A stretch of 64,000 nt of DNA from Antechinus flavipes. Its lineage: Eukaryota. Shown here piece by piece: positions 1 through 26,920 of the stretch. A model generated the notes under the pieces. That model saw nothing but the letters and a program-made list of their open reading frames with translations, was not told the origin of the DNA and made no database searches. Each line of letters starts with the position of its first letter. The stretch's first letter is position 1. The position numbers and the translations under genes were made by a program. The stretch spans positions 187,736,001 to 187,800,000 of the forward strand of contig NC_067402.1 in NCBI RefSeq assembly GCF_016432865.1, read 5' to 3'.

Positions 1-369
1 CTATTCTCTTGGCCAAAGAATTCATCAAAAAGTGTCTTGCCTCCTTACAATTGAGTTCCTGCAAACTGAGGGCATCCATTGAAAAAACTTGACTAAGTTT
101 CAAGTCTTTCCAATATGATAAAAGCTCATAATGTTTATTTCCTCTAGCTTAATATTTGAAAATTTCCATACCACAATGAGGCAATGGAGTAATCCTTCAG
201 AAACAAAAGGATTAAAAAGAAAATAGAAAAAGATACAAAATTAAGAATACTGGCAAGAGCCACCAAAAGTCTCTTAGTACAAAGGCCAATTTAGACCTAC
301 TGAATTTAAAAATGGGTAGAGAAATGTATACCTACAGAATGTATTCTTCCTATTCTAAATACCACCCTA

Positions 370-15457
<15,088 letters not shown>

Positions 15458-15599
15458 TCACTGTGCAGAGGAGGGGGGGAGGGGGGAAGAGAGACAGAGA
15501 AAGAGAGAGAACAGTCAGTGACGTGCACTGTCCCTGTCCCCCTCCCCCACCCACCCCCACCTATTCTTTCCACCCACCACCCCACAACCCCCCCACTCC

Positions 15600-16760
15600 C
15601 TTTGCCACTTGGGCCAGACAGCAAAACCCACTTCAGCTGAACTTCGTTCTTCAGCGTTTCGGGGTGGAAGGGGGAAGGGTCCGGGATCATACTCGCTCCT
15701 CGTAGGGGAGGCTAGGGCCAAAGGTGGGGCAGGGCCAGGAAGGAAGGAGCCCTCCCCTCCTCCAGGACCAAGCGGGCATTGTGGTGGGAGGACAGCTGAG
15801 GGCCATGGGGAAGAAGGGGCCTGCGCTGAGCGGGCTGAAGGGGAGGGCTGCGAAGGGGCGATTCGCGAAGGCAGAAGGTCACTGGGGGGCGGGAAGGGGC
15901 TGCTCCCGGACGCCGGGGAGGGGTCAGTCTCCACAGAGGGCAGCTGATTCCGGGAGCTCTTCAGTTTTTCCAGGGAGCCAAGGGAAGGGGGCGGGTGGAG
16001 TCTCCAGACTTGAGCACGGTCCGGAATGGGGAGCAAGGGGTGGGGTGAGGGTCTGGGGACTAACCTAGGGGAGGGGGCTAAGCCACGTGTCCCGGGGAAC
16101 AAGCTAGCAAAGGGCAGCAGAGGAGTAAGCGCCTGATATAATAAAAAGCCGCCCCTTCCCCACTGTCCTGGAGGGTGGAAGGGCCTCACAGAGGTCCGAG
16201 AAGAAGCCTCGAAGCCCTGAGTGGGGGAGGGCTCTGCTCCCCCCGAGTCCTTAGGGGACCGAGGGGGGGGTAGCCAGCCGGTTTTGAAGGGGCTTTTAGC
16301 GCGAGAGGGGAGGGGACCCCTCGGGGAGTTTCTCAGAAAAGCAGTGTGTGTGTAGGGGTCTTTCCTCGGGGACCCCGCCCCCTCCTCACCCCGGAGCCGC
16401 GGGGTCCAGCTCTATGTAGCTCTCGCTCCCACTCCAGCTCCTCCTCGCCGCGGCCGAAGGGGGGAAAATGGCTCCGGCTCCGGCTTCGCCTCTTAAAGGG
16501 CCCGAAACACCGGCCGGGAAATCCCACAGCCCAAGCCCCGCCCCCCCGCGGACAGCCCATAATAACCCCAACCAACTCCAACCCTCCCCAGTCCCCTTCC
16601 CCCCACCCTCCACCTTCCTCCCTGGGTCTCCCCGGCAACGCCCGCCCCCTCGTCGCCTAGGCAACCACTGGCCCCGCCCCTTCATCGCTCGCGCGCGCGT
16701 GTCACCGGAGCAACCGCCCACCTCCCGGACATCCCATAATACTCGTGGACTCCCCCACTT
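15600..16760 (-). promoter_or_regulatory. CHD4 CpG island / core promoter
   Basis: High GC and CpG density. YY1-like AAAATGGC at about 16466-16473, TTTAAG TATA-like element (minus) at about 16493-16498, GC boxes, three RFX X-box-like sites at 16626-16714. Confidence 0.8.
16390..16490 (-). other. CHD4: CHD4 non-coding exon 1 (5' end approximate), splicing to exon 2 acceptor at 15460
   Basis: Donor CCGGG|GTGAG at 16390/16389 and acceptor GCACAG|TGACTC at 15461/15460. The junction GCGGCTCCGGG-TGACTCGGGCC matches the human CHD4 5'UTR as I recall it. Confidence 0.75.
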
Positions 16761-17527
16761 CCATACACATGTATGCCAGAGTTAGGGACATCCCATAATA
16801 CTCAGTTCCTTTGCAACTCAACCCTTTCTCCCCAAACATCCCATAATAACCATTCTCCTGCCAACTTCCCCACTCTAACCCCCCAGGATTGACATCCCAT
16901 AATGATCCCTCTCACCCCTCCCTCTCCATGGCCATCCCATAATAACCACCCCTCCCAGCACTTCAGCCTTACATCCCATAATACTCACCCCCCATCCCCC
17001 ACAGACATCCCATAATAACCACCCTCAATCCACCCCCAGTTTGACATCCCATAATATCCACCCTCGCCCTCTGCAACAACGGCCATTCAGGGCCCCTTCC
17101 CACACACATCCCATAATAACCAGTCTCCCCCCTTTCTATAAAGACATCCCATAATAACCAGCCCCCTGGTAGCAACCCCCAGCCCCTCCAGGCTAGTATC
17201 CTCTAATAGTCTCACCACCACCATCCCTATCCTTTACACTCACCCTGTAGTCTAGCAGCCCATATAATCACCCCTCCCCTATATGCAGATGTCCCATAAT
17301 GATCAGCACCCTCACTGTTACCCCACAGATGGACATCTAATCACCTCTTCTCTCAAAACATCCCATAATAATACAAGTCTTCCACTCCAATCCAGATATC
17401 CCATAGTAAACACCAGGGGCAGCTGGGCAGCCAGACATCCCATAATAAGCCCAGAAACAACCTAGTGTCACATCCCATAATATCTCGCCCCCCCCCAATA
17501 CCCTTCCAGCCAGGCAGCCCATAATAT
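16551..17527 (+). repeat. Homotypic motif array A: 16 copies of CCCATAAT (consensus ACATCCCATAATA) with non-homologous C-rich spacers
   Basis: Exact cores start at 16556, 16733, 16792, 16840, 16896, 16936, 16975, 17009, 17048, 17110, 17148, 17293, 17362, 17439, 17474, 17518. Degenerate copies at about 17198, 17258, 17332, 17397. Confidence 0.95.
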
Positions 17528-17617
17528 TCACATTCATACCTCCCCCATCTCCAGACACACAGTCCATACTAATCATCGGGAGCAGTGAGGGTGAGGGAGG
17601 CTACCCACACTGTCCAG

Positions 17618-17620
<3 letters not shown>

Positions 17621-17676
<56 letters not shown>
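17621..17676. repeat. (AC)28 microsatellite
   Basis: Direct reading. Confidence 0.95.
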
Positions 17677-17679
<3 letters not shown>

Positions 17680-19399
17680 CCACCCCACCCTGAGCCAGAG
17701 CTATCCTGGAGTGATAGTCTCTGATGGCCTACACCCTGGCCTCCTAACTCTAATCTCCAATACTCAGAAAGAGATCACCTGGAGCCCCACCCGGATATAT
17801 GGAAAATTGGAGACTCCTAGACTCCAAATCCTGGTGAGGCTTACCAACCCATGACACCTTCCCAGGTAGATGAGCCACTTTCATGGAGCTTACTAACTCT
17901 TAGGCTTTCCCATGATATTCACAGGGCCCAATGCAAAGACTATCACATAAAACTCCAGCTGGCTCTCTTCCCTACCCTCAAGCCCTGGGGACTTGTTCCT
18001 CAACATGCCTAAGCAACTCCTATCTCTTATGTGGACTGAGGCCCCTCCATACACGCCCAGGAGTGGGTACTTTACTGCTCACCAGAATCCTACAATGCAC
18101 TAATTAATTCCTCTGACATTATTGTAACATTGTACTAGGCCTGGAAGGATCACCAAAATGCCTTGCTTGCCCTCAAAAAGCTAACAATCTAGCAGAGGAT
18201 GAGAGGTACACAAATAACCATAATGCCTCTGATAAATTTATATCAGATACTATGAGAGTGCAGTACAAAGCACTGTGGGAGTTCTGAGAAATAGATAATT
18301 TCACAAATCAGCTGGGATTTTCAATATCACAAAACCAATGGTAACTAATTCTCAGCAATGATCGCCAATAAGAAGTCCCTGATGGCTGTCATTCAAGGGA
18401 AGTTCCAGAAAGACTTCACCTAGATTCAGGTTAAGGTAGCCTGTTAGTCATATTAAGAAACATTTATGTTCATCTCTTCAGAGTTTCAGAATTTTAAAAT
18501 ATTAACATTTTCCTCAGGATACTCACTAAAATCCCCTAACATGCTATATAGTCCTACTACACACTACATTTTTGATAGTATTCCTTCTTTTTTAATGACT
18601 TTCCCATTATATCTCAAAACGCTTCTTGTCATTCCCATTCAACTAGTCCACCCTCAAACTCTATCTGTCCCTGCTTTTCTAGGATAATCTATGTTATTCT
18701 CCATCCTTTCCTTCACATGCATCACCATCCCATCAAACTTTTTCACCCTAGAGCTACTGTAACAAGTGGCACTTCTACCTACTATATAAATAGCCATCCT
18801 TGTGAACTGATTGTTCCTACCCCCTCTTCCAACCCTGAAAACCATGCTTAGAAAATATCTGAGGCCTCTTCTTCACCCCTACCTAGTTCCTTTTGCTTTT
18901 CAGAGGTCCAACATGCTGTGCTTGGGCTTTTCTTCCATATCTCATCAAATCTTTTTGTTTCTACCTGAAAAACATTAATCCCCAGAGAAATACCCCCAAA
19001 TAAGCAGGATTTGGACTTTTTGTCTTCAGCAAGCTTTCAATAGCTTTGTACCCTAAACCGAGACTTTTCTCTCAATCTCTGTATTGACTTCAGAAAGTCT
19101 GCTCTCCTGAATCTAAACACTGTGGAAGATATTAATGGTTAAACAGAAGCAGGGCTTCTTCCACCAAAATGCATTCTCATAATAGGCTGCTAATTCACCA
19201 TTTTTCCCCTTAAATTCCAGGCTCATTTCCCTATACACACAGGTATTCTTATCTAATCCGAGAATTGATGGTTCAGAAAAACTAGCAAAGATGTATTTTC
19301 CATTCCCACAACTTTCACTTATATCTCTTCTAAGCCCCTCAAACCACAAAGTATCTCCTCCTCTCTCTTGAAGCCAATTTCTCCTTTAGAAAGACAGAG

Positions 19400-20830
19400 C
19401 AGTCACAGAATCTCATAGTTAAAAGGAACCTTCACAGCTCTTTAATCCAATCAGTACTTGAACACAAATCTCCTCTGCATCAGACCTGGCAGATCAATGT
19501 TCTGCTTTTACATGTGAGGGGAAGCTCACTACTTGTCAAGACAGACCATTCCATTTTTACATATCTCTAATTTTTAGGAAGCGTTTTTCTTATAGAGATC
19601 CTAAATCTGTTTCTTTCCAACATGTACCCTTTGCTCCTTCTTCTAGCCTCAGGAGCCAAGCAGAAAAATTTTAATCCCTCTTTCACATGACACCCCAAAA
19701 TAGTTATATCCCATCCTGCCTACTATGTTTTCTATTTTTCAGACTAAATACTGGTAGTTCCTTAAACCAGTTTTCTTATGGCAGTCTCAATATCCAAGTC
19801 ACCCTACTTCAAGTCACTCCTGCTTGTCTAGATCTCATCCAAAAATGCGATGCAAATAGTCCAGAAGTCATCTGACTAGGTCAGAAAGTAGTGCCAACTA
19901 CTTTTTTTTTTTTTTTTCCTGAACACTGTGCCTCTTTAATGCAACAAGGATAGCACCAGTTTTTATGGCTGGCTGTCACACTTATGACTCATATTGAGCT
20001 TGAAGTCCATTAAAACCCCTAGATCTTTTTCTAATAAACTGCTGATTAGCAGGTATTTTTTGTCTTGTACTTGTGAGTTGATTTCTTAAAAACTCAAGTA
20101 TAAGATTTTAGATATATTTCTGTTGAATGGCTGAATAAATTGTGGAACATTAATGTAATGCAATACTATAGTGCAATTAAAACTGAGAAGTGTGAGGAAT
20201 ACAAAGAAATCTGGAAAGATTTTTTTAAATAATGCAAAATGATTTTTAAAAAAGCAGAACCGAAAGAATAGAGTATATACATAATGGCCAGATGATACAT
20301 GAGAAAAGTATATTATGGCAGAAAGCAAAAAGTTATACTATTTTATACAATGAAATTAAATTATTTAAATATTATTAGTCAAAAAGCATATTTAAAGAAT
20401 TGTATTATGCATGGTATTGTTTATAATTATATTTTTAAATATATTCTATTAAATTGTGTCATTAGATTCCACATAATATTCCTATCTATTGAGATATTTT
20501 TGGATCCCAATTGTCATATAATGTGTACTCCTTTCAGCTTTCTATCATCTACAAATTTGATAAGCATGCCACCTATGCCTTTTTTCTAAGTAACTGATAA
20601 AAATATTAAATAGCATAGAGTCAATGACAGATATCTGGGATGCTCCACTAGAGATCTATCTTCAAGTCATTGAATCATTGGGTTGATTGGAACTTTCAAC
20701 TGTGAGATTAGTCATTCAAACAGTATTGAATCTACCTCACCATATTCATATAATCCATATTTTTTCAACTTGTCCACCAAGGTAACATGAGAGACTCTGT
20801 TAAATGCCTTTATCAAAAAACAGTCAGATA
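19400..20830 (-). mobile_element. L3/CR1 LINE fragment, interrupted by an L1-like piece at about 20150-20290
   Basis: CR1-type antisense text (CTCACTAC...CAGACCATTCCATTTT, CAAATTTGATAAGCATGCC, TTGTCCACCAAGGTAACATGAGAGACT). Confidence 0.6.
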
Positions 20831-21034
20831 CTAGGAATATTATCTTCCCCTTATTCTAGATCCCTAAATAACCTTGTTCCTCTCTGGGCTTCAATTTACC
20901 TTCCCCTAATATCATCACACCCATCCATTTCTTCCCATATACCTAAGATACAAGATTGTTCTTTCAGTGTTTAATTCAATTAAAAAGACATTCGTTAAGC
21001 ACTTGGTGCTGAAGATATTTTAAGATTTTTAAGG

Positions 21035-21224
21035 CTTCTTAAGCTTTTCTCATTCATAACCCTTTTTTGCCAGAAAAAATTTTTGCATGACCCCAGGTAC
21101 ATAGGTATATAAAATAAGTATATAAATAAAATATTTAGTGATAATTAATCATAATTTTGTGACCCTCACATTCAGTTTTATAAGATTTCAAATGGGTTCA
21201 CAAACCACAGTTTAAGAAGTTGGG
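21035..21224. mobile_element. hAT/Charlie-like MITE, shorter copy
   Basis: CTTCTTAAGCTTTT...CACAGTTTAAGAAG ends, flanked by possible 8-bp TSD TTTTAAGG (21027-21034 and 21225-21232). Confidence 0.5.
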
Positions 21225-21549
21225 TTTTAAGGTACTATGCTCATTGCTTGGGATAAAAAAAAATTGTCTCTGCACTCAAGAATCATATATCTTCTTAAAA
21301 AGATAAAACAATATGGAAATATTTTTAAAAGAATTGCACATATTTATCCTATATTACATTGCTTACCGTCTTGTAGAGATGGAGAGCTAAAGGAATGAGG
21401 GAGAAAATTTTGGAACAAGGTTTTGCAAAGGTAAATGTTGAAAGTTATCTTTGTGTGTATTTTGAATGTTTTGAAAAAAAGTTTAAAAGATAAAACATAT
21501 ATACATACAAAACATACCAAAAAAATAAATACAGGATAATTTGAAGAGG

Positions 21550-22690
21550 GAAAAAATACCAACTAGAAGGGTGTAAGTTAGAAGAGGCATCAGAGAGCAG
21601 ATGGTACCCTAAGTTGAACCCTGAAGGAAGATGAGCATAAGAAAAAAACCTAAATGAGGAGGAAAAGCATTCTGGGCTTGTGGGATGATTCTGAGAGAGG
21701 GGATAGAAAGCCAAACACAAGGTAATAGTTGTTAGGCTTGTTTGGCTGAAACATAAAGTACATGAAAAGTATTACAAAAAGAGTTTGAAAGTTCAATGGG
21801 ATTCAGAGTGTAGAAAATCTCACATGCCATGCTGAAGAGCTTGTAATTTCATTGCAAAGGAAACAGACCCACTGAAGATATGGTCAGATGTATTTTAGAA
21901 ATATTAACTTGGCAGCTGTGTGAAGAGTGGTTTGAAAAAGACTGGAAGAAGAGATATCAATTTGGAGACTATTGCAGTTGTCCTAGTCAGAGGTAAGAAA
22001 AGCTGAACTAGGGAGGTGGTGGGATGAATGATGAGCAGTGGAATTAATGAGATGTGGAAGCAGAGCTGAAAAACAAAAACAAAAAAACCTTGAGAAATGA
22101 TTGAATATAGAAAGTAAAAGCGAAGGCAGAGTGGAAGATGATTTTTGGGTATTTTGGATATGTGCTACAAAAATTATTAAGTCTGGAAAGAAGAAAATGT
22201 TTGGAGTAGCAGGGAATTTGAGTTGTAGATAGGACATTCAGGTGGTAATACCCAACAGGCAGTTGATGATTCAGGACTAGAATTCAGGGAAGAAATTAGG
22301 TCTGGATATATAGATGTTGGAGTTATCTGTTATACAGATGGCAAGTTACCCATGAGAGAAGATGGAATCTGAAAACTAAGACTATGGAAAGTGAAGGGAA
22401 GATGGCTTAGAATAGAAACCTAGGGACTCCTGCAGTAGGGAGAAAAAGAACAGGAGATACAAATGAGATTGAGAAAGATTAAATTAAACACACAGGAGGA
22501 AAATCAGGAAAGATGGTTGTGTCAGGGAAGCTAAAAAGGGAAGAGTATCAAAAAATGGAGGTCACCAATGCCAGAAATTGCAGAAAGACATCAGTTAAGT
22601 TGATTGAGAGCAGAAATTTCTTGTTCTGTTTGTGTGTCCCTTAGGGCAATATCTTACATATAGTGGATGTTTAATAAATATTGATTGAAC
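21550..22690 (-). mobile_element. L2 LINE fragment
   Basis: Purine-rich antisense L2 pattern (GGATTCAGAGTGTAG, GGACATTCAGGTGG, TTTAATAAATATTGATTGAA). Confidence 0.55.
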
Positions 22691-23199
22691 TTAATGGGGG
22701 GGCACAGAAAAAGTAATCTTGCAGAAAACAATTTCAGTCATGAATTCTAACCAAACCAAGTGATTTTTACCTGGAATGTCCTTGAATTCTTGCTTATGAA
22801 TAAAAAAACTGGCCAGTTTTACTGTACATCTTCCTCTTTCTCACTCATTCCTCATGGATGTTCCTACTCACACACATACATACTGTAAGTAATACAGTAG
22901 TCATTTTATTTTTCTATCTTTTATTAAATATTCATTTCTCTTTAAACAGATCATTGTTGTTTTTTCTCCTACAGTTCTTTTCTGAGTATGCCTCATCTCT
23001 ATCACTATCCTGACCTTGAATTGAAGGAAACCCTGGAAGTATTTATTGATGCAAATAAAAGATACATCTACTTCAATTAGCCAATTCTACCATCATCTCC
23101 TCAATATTTGGTTGACAAGAAATAGAAGCAGAAACTTACCAGTGCCCTGCTACCAATGCCATGCTCAGATATCAAAAGACCCTGGAGGTAGAGTCCCCT

Positions 23200-23440
23200 T
23201 CTTCTTGTTGTTGTCTGACTCTTTGTGACCCTGTGGACAATAATATGCCAGTGCTGCCAGAGGGTTTTCCAGGTAAAGATACTAGAGTCATTTCCCATTT
23301 TCTTCTCCAGTGGATTAAGGCAAATAGAGATTAAGAGATTTACCCAGAGACACACAGAGAATAAGTATCTGAGGCCAGCTTTAAACTCAACTCCTCCTGA
23401 CTCCAGGCCTAGTGCTCTATCTACTGAGCAACCTAGCAGT
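23200..23440 (-). mobile_element. Mar1-like CORE SINE
   Basis: RTE-derived tail (GTCTGACTCTTTGTGACCC, GATACTAGAGTCATTTCCCATTTTCTTCTCCAG) plus tRNA-like head. Confidence 0.65.
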
Positions 23441-24580
23441 CTCTTAGTTATATCGATAGCCTACAGTTGGAAAACTCTCATTTCCTGCTCATATCATGCC
23501 TGTGATTTTGAGCCCCATCTACTATGGAAAAACTCTTCACAGGAGCATACTCCTTGATATTCATTACATTTACATATACTGTTTCCAGCATTATTCAGCA
23601 AATGCCTCTCCTTTGAAGTATCCTCCATCCATTTATATATCCCCCATCCATTTATATAAAACTAAATGCTTATACTTTTTCACTGTCATCTATCAGGCCC
23701 CAGGACATCAACCTTTCTCAAGGAGTTCAATACCTGGTTTAAAATCTTCCTTTCTAAAATGTAGACACCTGCCTTTTTACTTGGGAACCTCCAGATTTAC
23801 ATTGATGTTAACTAGAACACACTAATCCATTCATTTACCTCTTAAATTCCCTGGCCTATGTTCTTAGATCACCTTAGCCACCCACTGGAGTAATCACTTC
23901 TGAGATCTCATGATTAACTATTCTAATTTTTATGATCTTAGACTGAAATTTCTTCACTATGATCATAATCTATCTTTATAGAAGAGAAGAATTATAGAAT
24001 TCCTTTGTCTCACTCCTCCTAAACTTATTTTTCATTCTCATTAAGACTTCAAGACTTTCCCTTGTTACATCAGTCTACTATCCCTTGTTGAGTTTCACTT
24101 TCCTCTCTTGACAGTATTGACCAGAATAATAGCTAGGGTGAGGAACTGAGGTTTTCCAGACATGATGCTTTAAATTCTGACATTTATTTTGAAAAGACAT
24201 GTTTAGGAGTTTTCCCAAACAGCTCAATTATAAGGTGTAAAGAGATTACCTAAATAACTTGACCACAAAGAGTGAAGAAGTTCATCAGTCTATCTGATCA
24301 GGCATTGGCCACTGGATGAAGGTAACTGACTGAACTCAGGCAACTTCCTTTGATTGGCTGCTCTAGGGAACTCAAACTTTGAGTATGAGTTGAGAATATC
24401 TCAGAGAGAATTCCATATTAAGAAATAACTGAATTTTGCATTTAACAAAAATAATTAGATAAATTTGATACTTCCTTTTCCTCAGGTATACCTCAACACC
24501 TCTAATGTGCTCTTTTTCAGCCTAGTTCCATTTTGTTCCCATGGATAGCAGACACCCCTCTCATTCCTTAGAGCAGTTTC

Positions 24581-24746
24581 TTTTTCTTTTCTTTTTTTTT
24601 TTAATAATAGTTTTGTTTTCAAAACACATGCAAAGATAGTTTTCAAATTCATCCTTGCAAGACTCTGTGTTCCAAATTCTTCTCCCTCCCTCCCTACCTC
24701 CTCCCTTTAGACAGCAAGTAATCCAATATAGGTTAAATATGTTAGC
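24581..24746 (-). mobile_element. Short L1 3'-end fragment with poly(T) tail and TSD
   Basis: T-rich tail at 24581-24603 followed by marsupial L1 3'UTR-like sequence. Direct repeat AGCAGTTTC at 24572-24580 and 24747-24755. Confidence 0.7.
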
Positions 24747-25119
24747 AGCAGTTTCAAAGTATTTCTGGGATTCATTCACTAGGATTTGTTTCCTGGGCTC
24801 TGCAATTTGTCATCATTCTTCCCTTGATCAACTGGTTGTGTTTTACTACATGCAAAATAGGTATCTTTTGTGTTGTTAGCCCTAGAAGCCAAAATAGCTA
24901 GTTAACTCTCTGATCTTGGCACGACACTGGTTATCCAATTCAGCTCTACAATGTCTTCTGCCCTTGAATGCTTTGCCTCTTCATCATTTACTACTCACAG
25001 ATTGCTAAACTTTGACTCAGGTTATCCTCACAATTCCCATTGTCTCTAAGTGCTGCTAGAGAATGTTATATGACTATACTGATTAGGTCCTTTTTTATGA
25101 ATACTCTTTCTTAGTGATC

Positions 25120-26920
25120 TCATCAGTTTCCAAATATTACATTGTCATCTCTAAAACAAATGATTTCCAAGTCTATATATCCAGCTCAAATCTCTCTCCT
25201 GAGCTCTAGGCCTGCTTCACCAACTGTTTTTTGGACACTCCCACCTGAATATCCTACCAGAACCTCAAACTCAACATGTTTAAAATGGAATTATCATCCC
25301 CTCTAAACTATTTCCTCTTTAAAACTTTTATTTTTGTTGAAGTTACAATTATCATTCTTTTCTGCTACTTCTCTACTACATAGCCAACTAACTGCCAAGT
25401 CTCCTTGATACTATAGCCATACTTCTATCAGTCCCCTTCTCTACAAACACATTGTCACTATTCTACTTTAGATCCCTATTAACTCTAATTTGACCTACTG
25501 CAAAATAGCTTCCTACATGGAAAATTTTTCTTCTTTCCTATGCTGCTGGTCTCTAAGCAAGCCTGGAACAAATAAAGCAAGTAAGGCAACATCCCAGCTT
25601 CATTTTGCAGACCTTTTCTTGTTGAACATCTTTCATTCAATTCAATAACAACCAACAAATTCTTGTAGGTTCTGATGAAACAAAGACAAAACTGATGTTT
25701 ACCAAATGATGATTACCATTCTCCTTGACCTCTTTATAGCCTTTGACACTGTTGGTCACTACCAATGTTTGATATTCTCTTTTCTTGACCATTTCTCCTC
25801 CTATTTATGTGACCATACCTTCTCTAACTCCTTTGCTGGACCGTCCTTCAGGTACATCCTCTAACCATAGTTGTCTCTCAGAGTTCTTGTCTTGGCTGTC
25901 TTCTTTTCTCCCTCTATGGAACTTTACTTGATGATCTTGTTAGCTTCTATGAATCTAATTACCATCTTTATGCTGATGATTCTCAATCTCCCTATCCTGC
26001 CCTAGACTCTCTGCTGATCTCTGATCTCACGTGTCTATCTGCTTTTCAGACATCTTGAACTGATTGTCAGAGGTTTTAACTCAATGTGTCCAAAATTAAA
26101 TCCATTCTCTTTCCCTCTAAACCTCTTCACCTCTTTTCTAATTCCCCTATTACTGTTGAGGGCAACACTATCTTCCTAATACCTCAGGTTACAATCTTGA
26201 TGTTATTCTCGACTTCTCACTATGTCTCATCCCTCACATCCAACCTGTTGCCAAATCCTCTCAATTTCATCTTTGCAACAACTCTTGAATATGGCCCCTT
26301 CTCTGACACAGCCACTTGTCTAGTACAGAAACTCATTTCCTCACCTCTGGACTACTTCAATAGCCTGTTAGTGTGCTTGCCTTTCTCTCCCCATTCTAAC
26401 CCATTCTACATTCAACCAACAAAGTGATTTTCCTAAATGGAATGTCAGACCATGTCACACACATCCCTCCCCCCACCCTCGACACGCTCAATAAACTCTA
26501 GTTTATTTTAACCTGCCTCTAGGATCAAATGCAAATCCTTTGGCCTTCAATGTTCTTCATAATCTAGTCACCTCCTACTTTCCAGTTTTACCTTCCCATT
26601 TATACTTTTCTGCTCTAGGCATTTCCCCACATCTAAGATGCTCTTCCTCTTCTCCACCTTTTGGCTTCCCTAGTTCACTTCAAGTCCCAATTAAAATCCC
26701 CTTTTCTACAGTAAGCCTTTCCTAATCTCTCAATCCTAGTGCCTTCCCTCCTTAATTATTTCCTATTTATCTTACATATAGCTTGTATGTACATATTTGT
26801 TTGCTTTTTCTTCCATTAGATCTTGAGCTTCTTGAATTCAGGGACAATCTTTTGCTTTTTGTATCTCTAGTACTTAGCACAGTCTACCATATACTGGGTG
26901 TTTAATAAATATCTATTGAC
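25120..26920 (+). mobile_element. L2 LINE fragments
   Basis: CTCAAACTCAACATG, GACCTTTATAGCCTTTGACACTG, and 3' end TTTAATAAATATCTATTGACT. Confidence 0.6.

Noticed and set aside
16551-17527. CRISPR-like appearance (short repeat with unique spacers)
   Set aside because: Vertebrate locus. The repeat is only about 13 bp and non-palindromic, spacer lengths are irregular, and there are no cas genes.
24130-24420. Possible LTR fragments (also 27420-27620)
   Set aside because: Only CCAAT-like and compositional hints; no TG...CA termini or TSD could be confirmed by eye.
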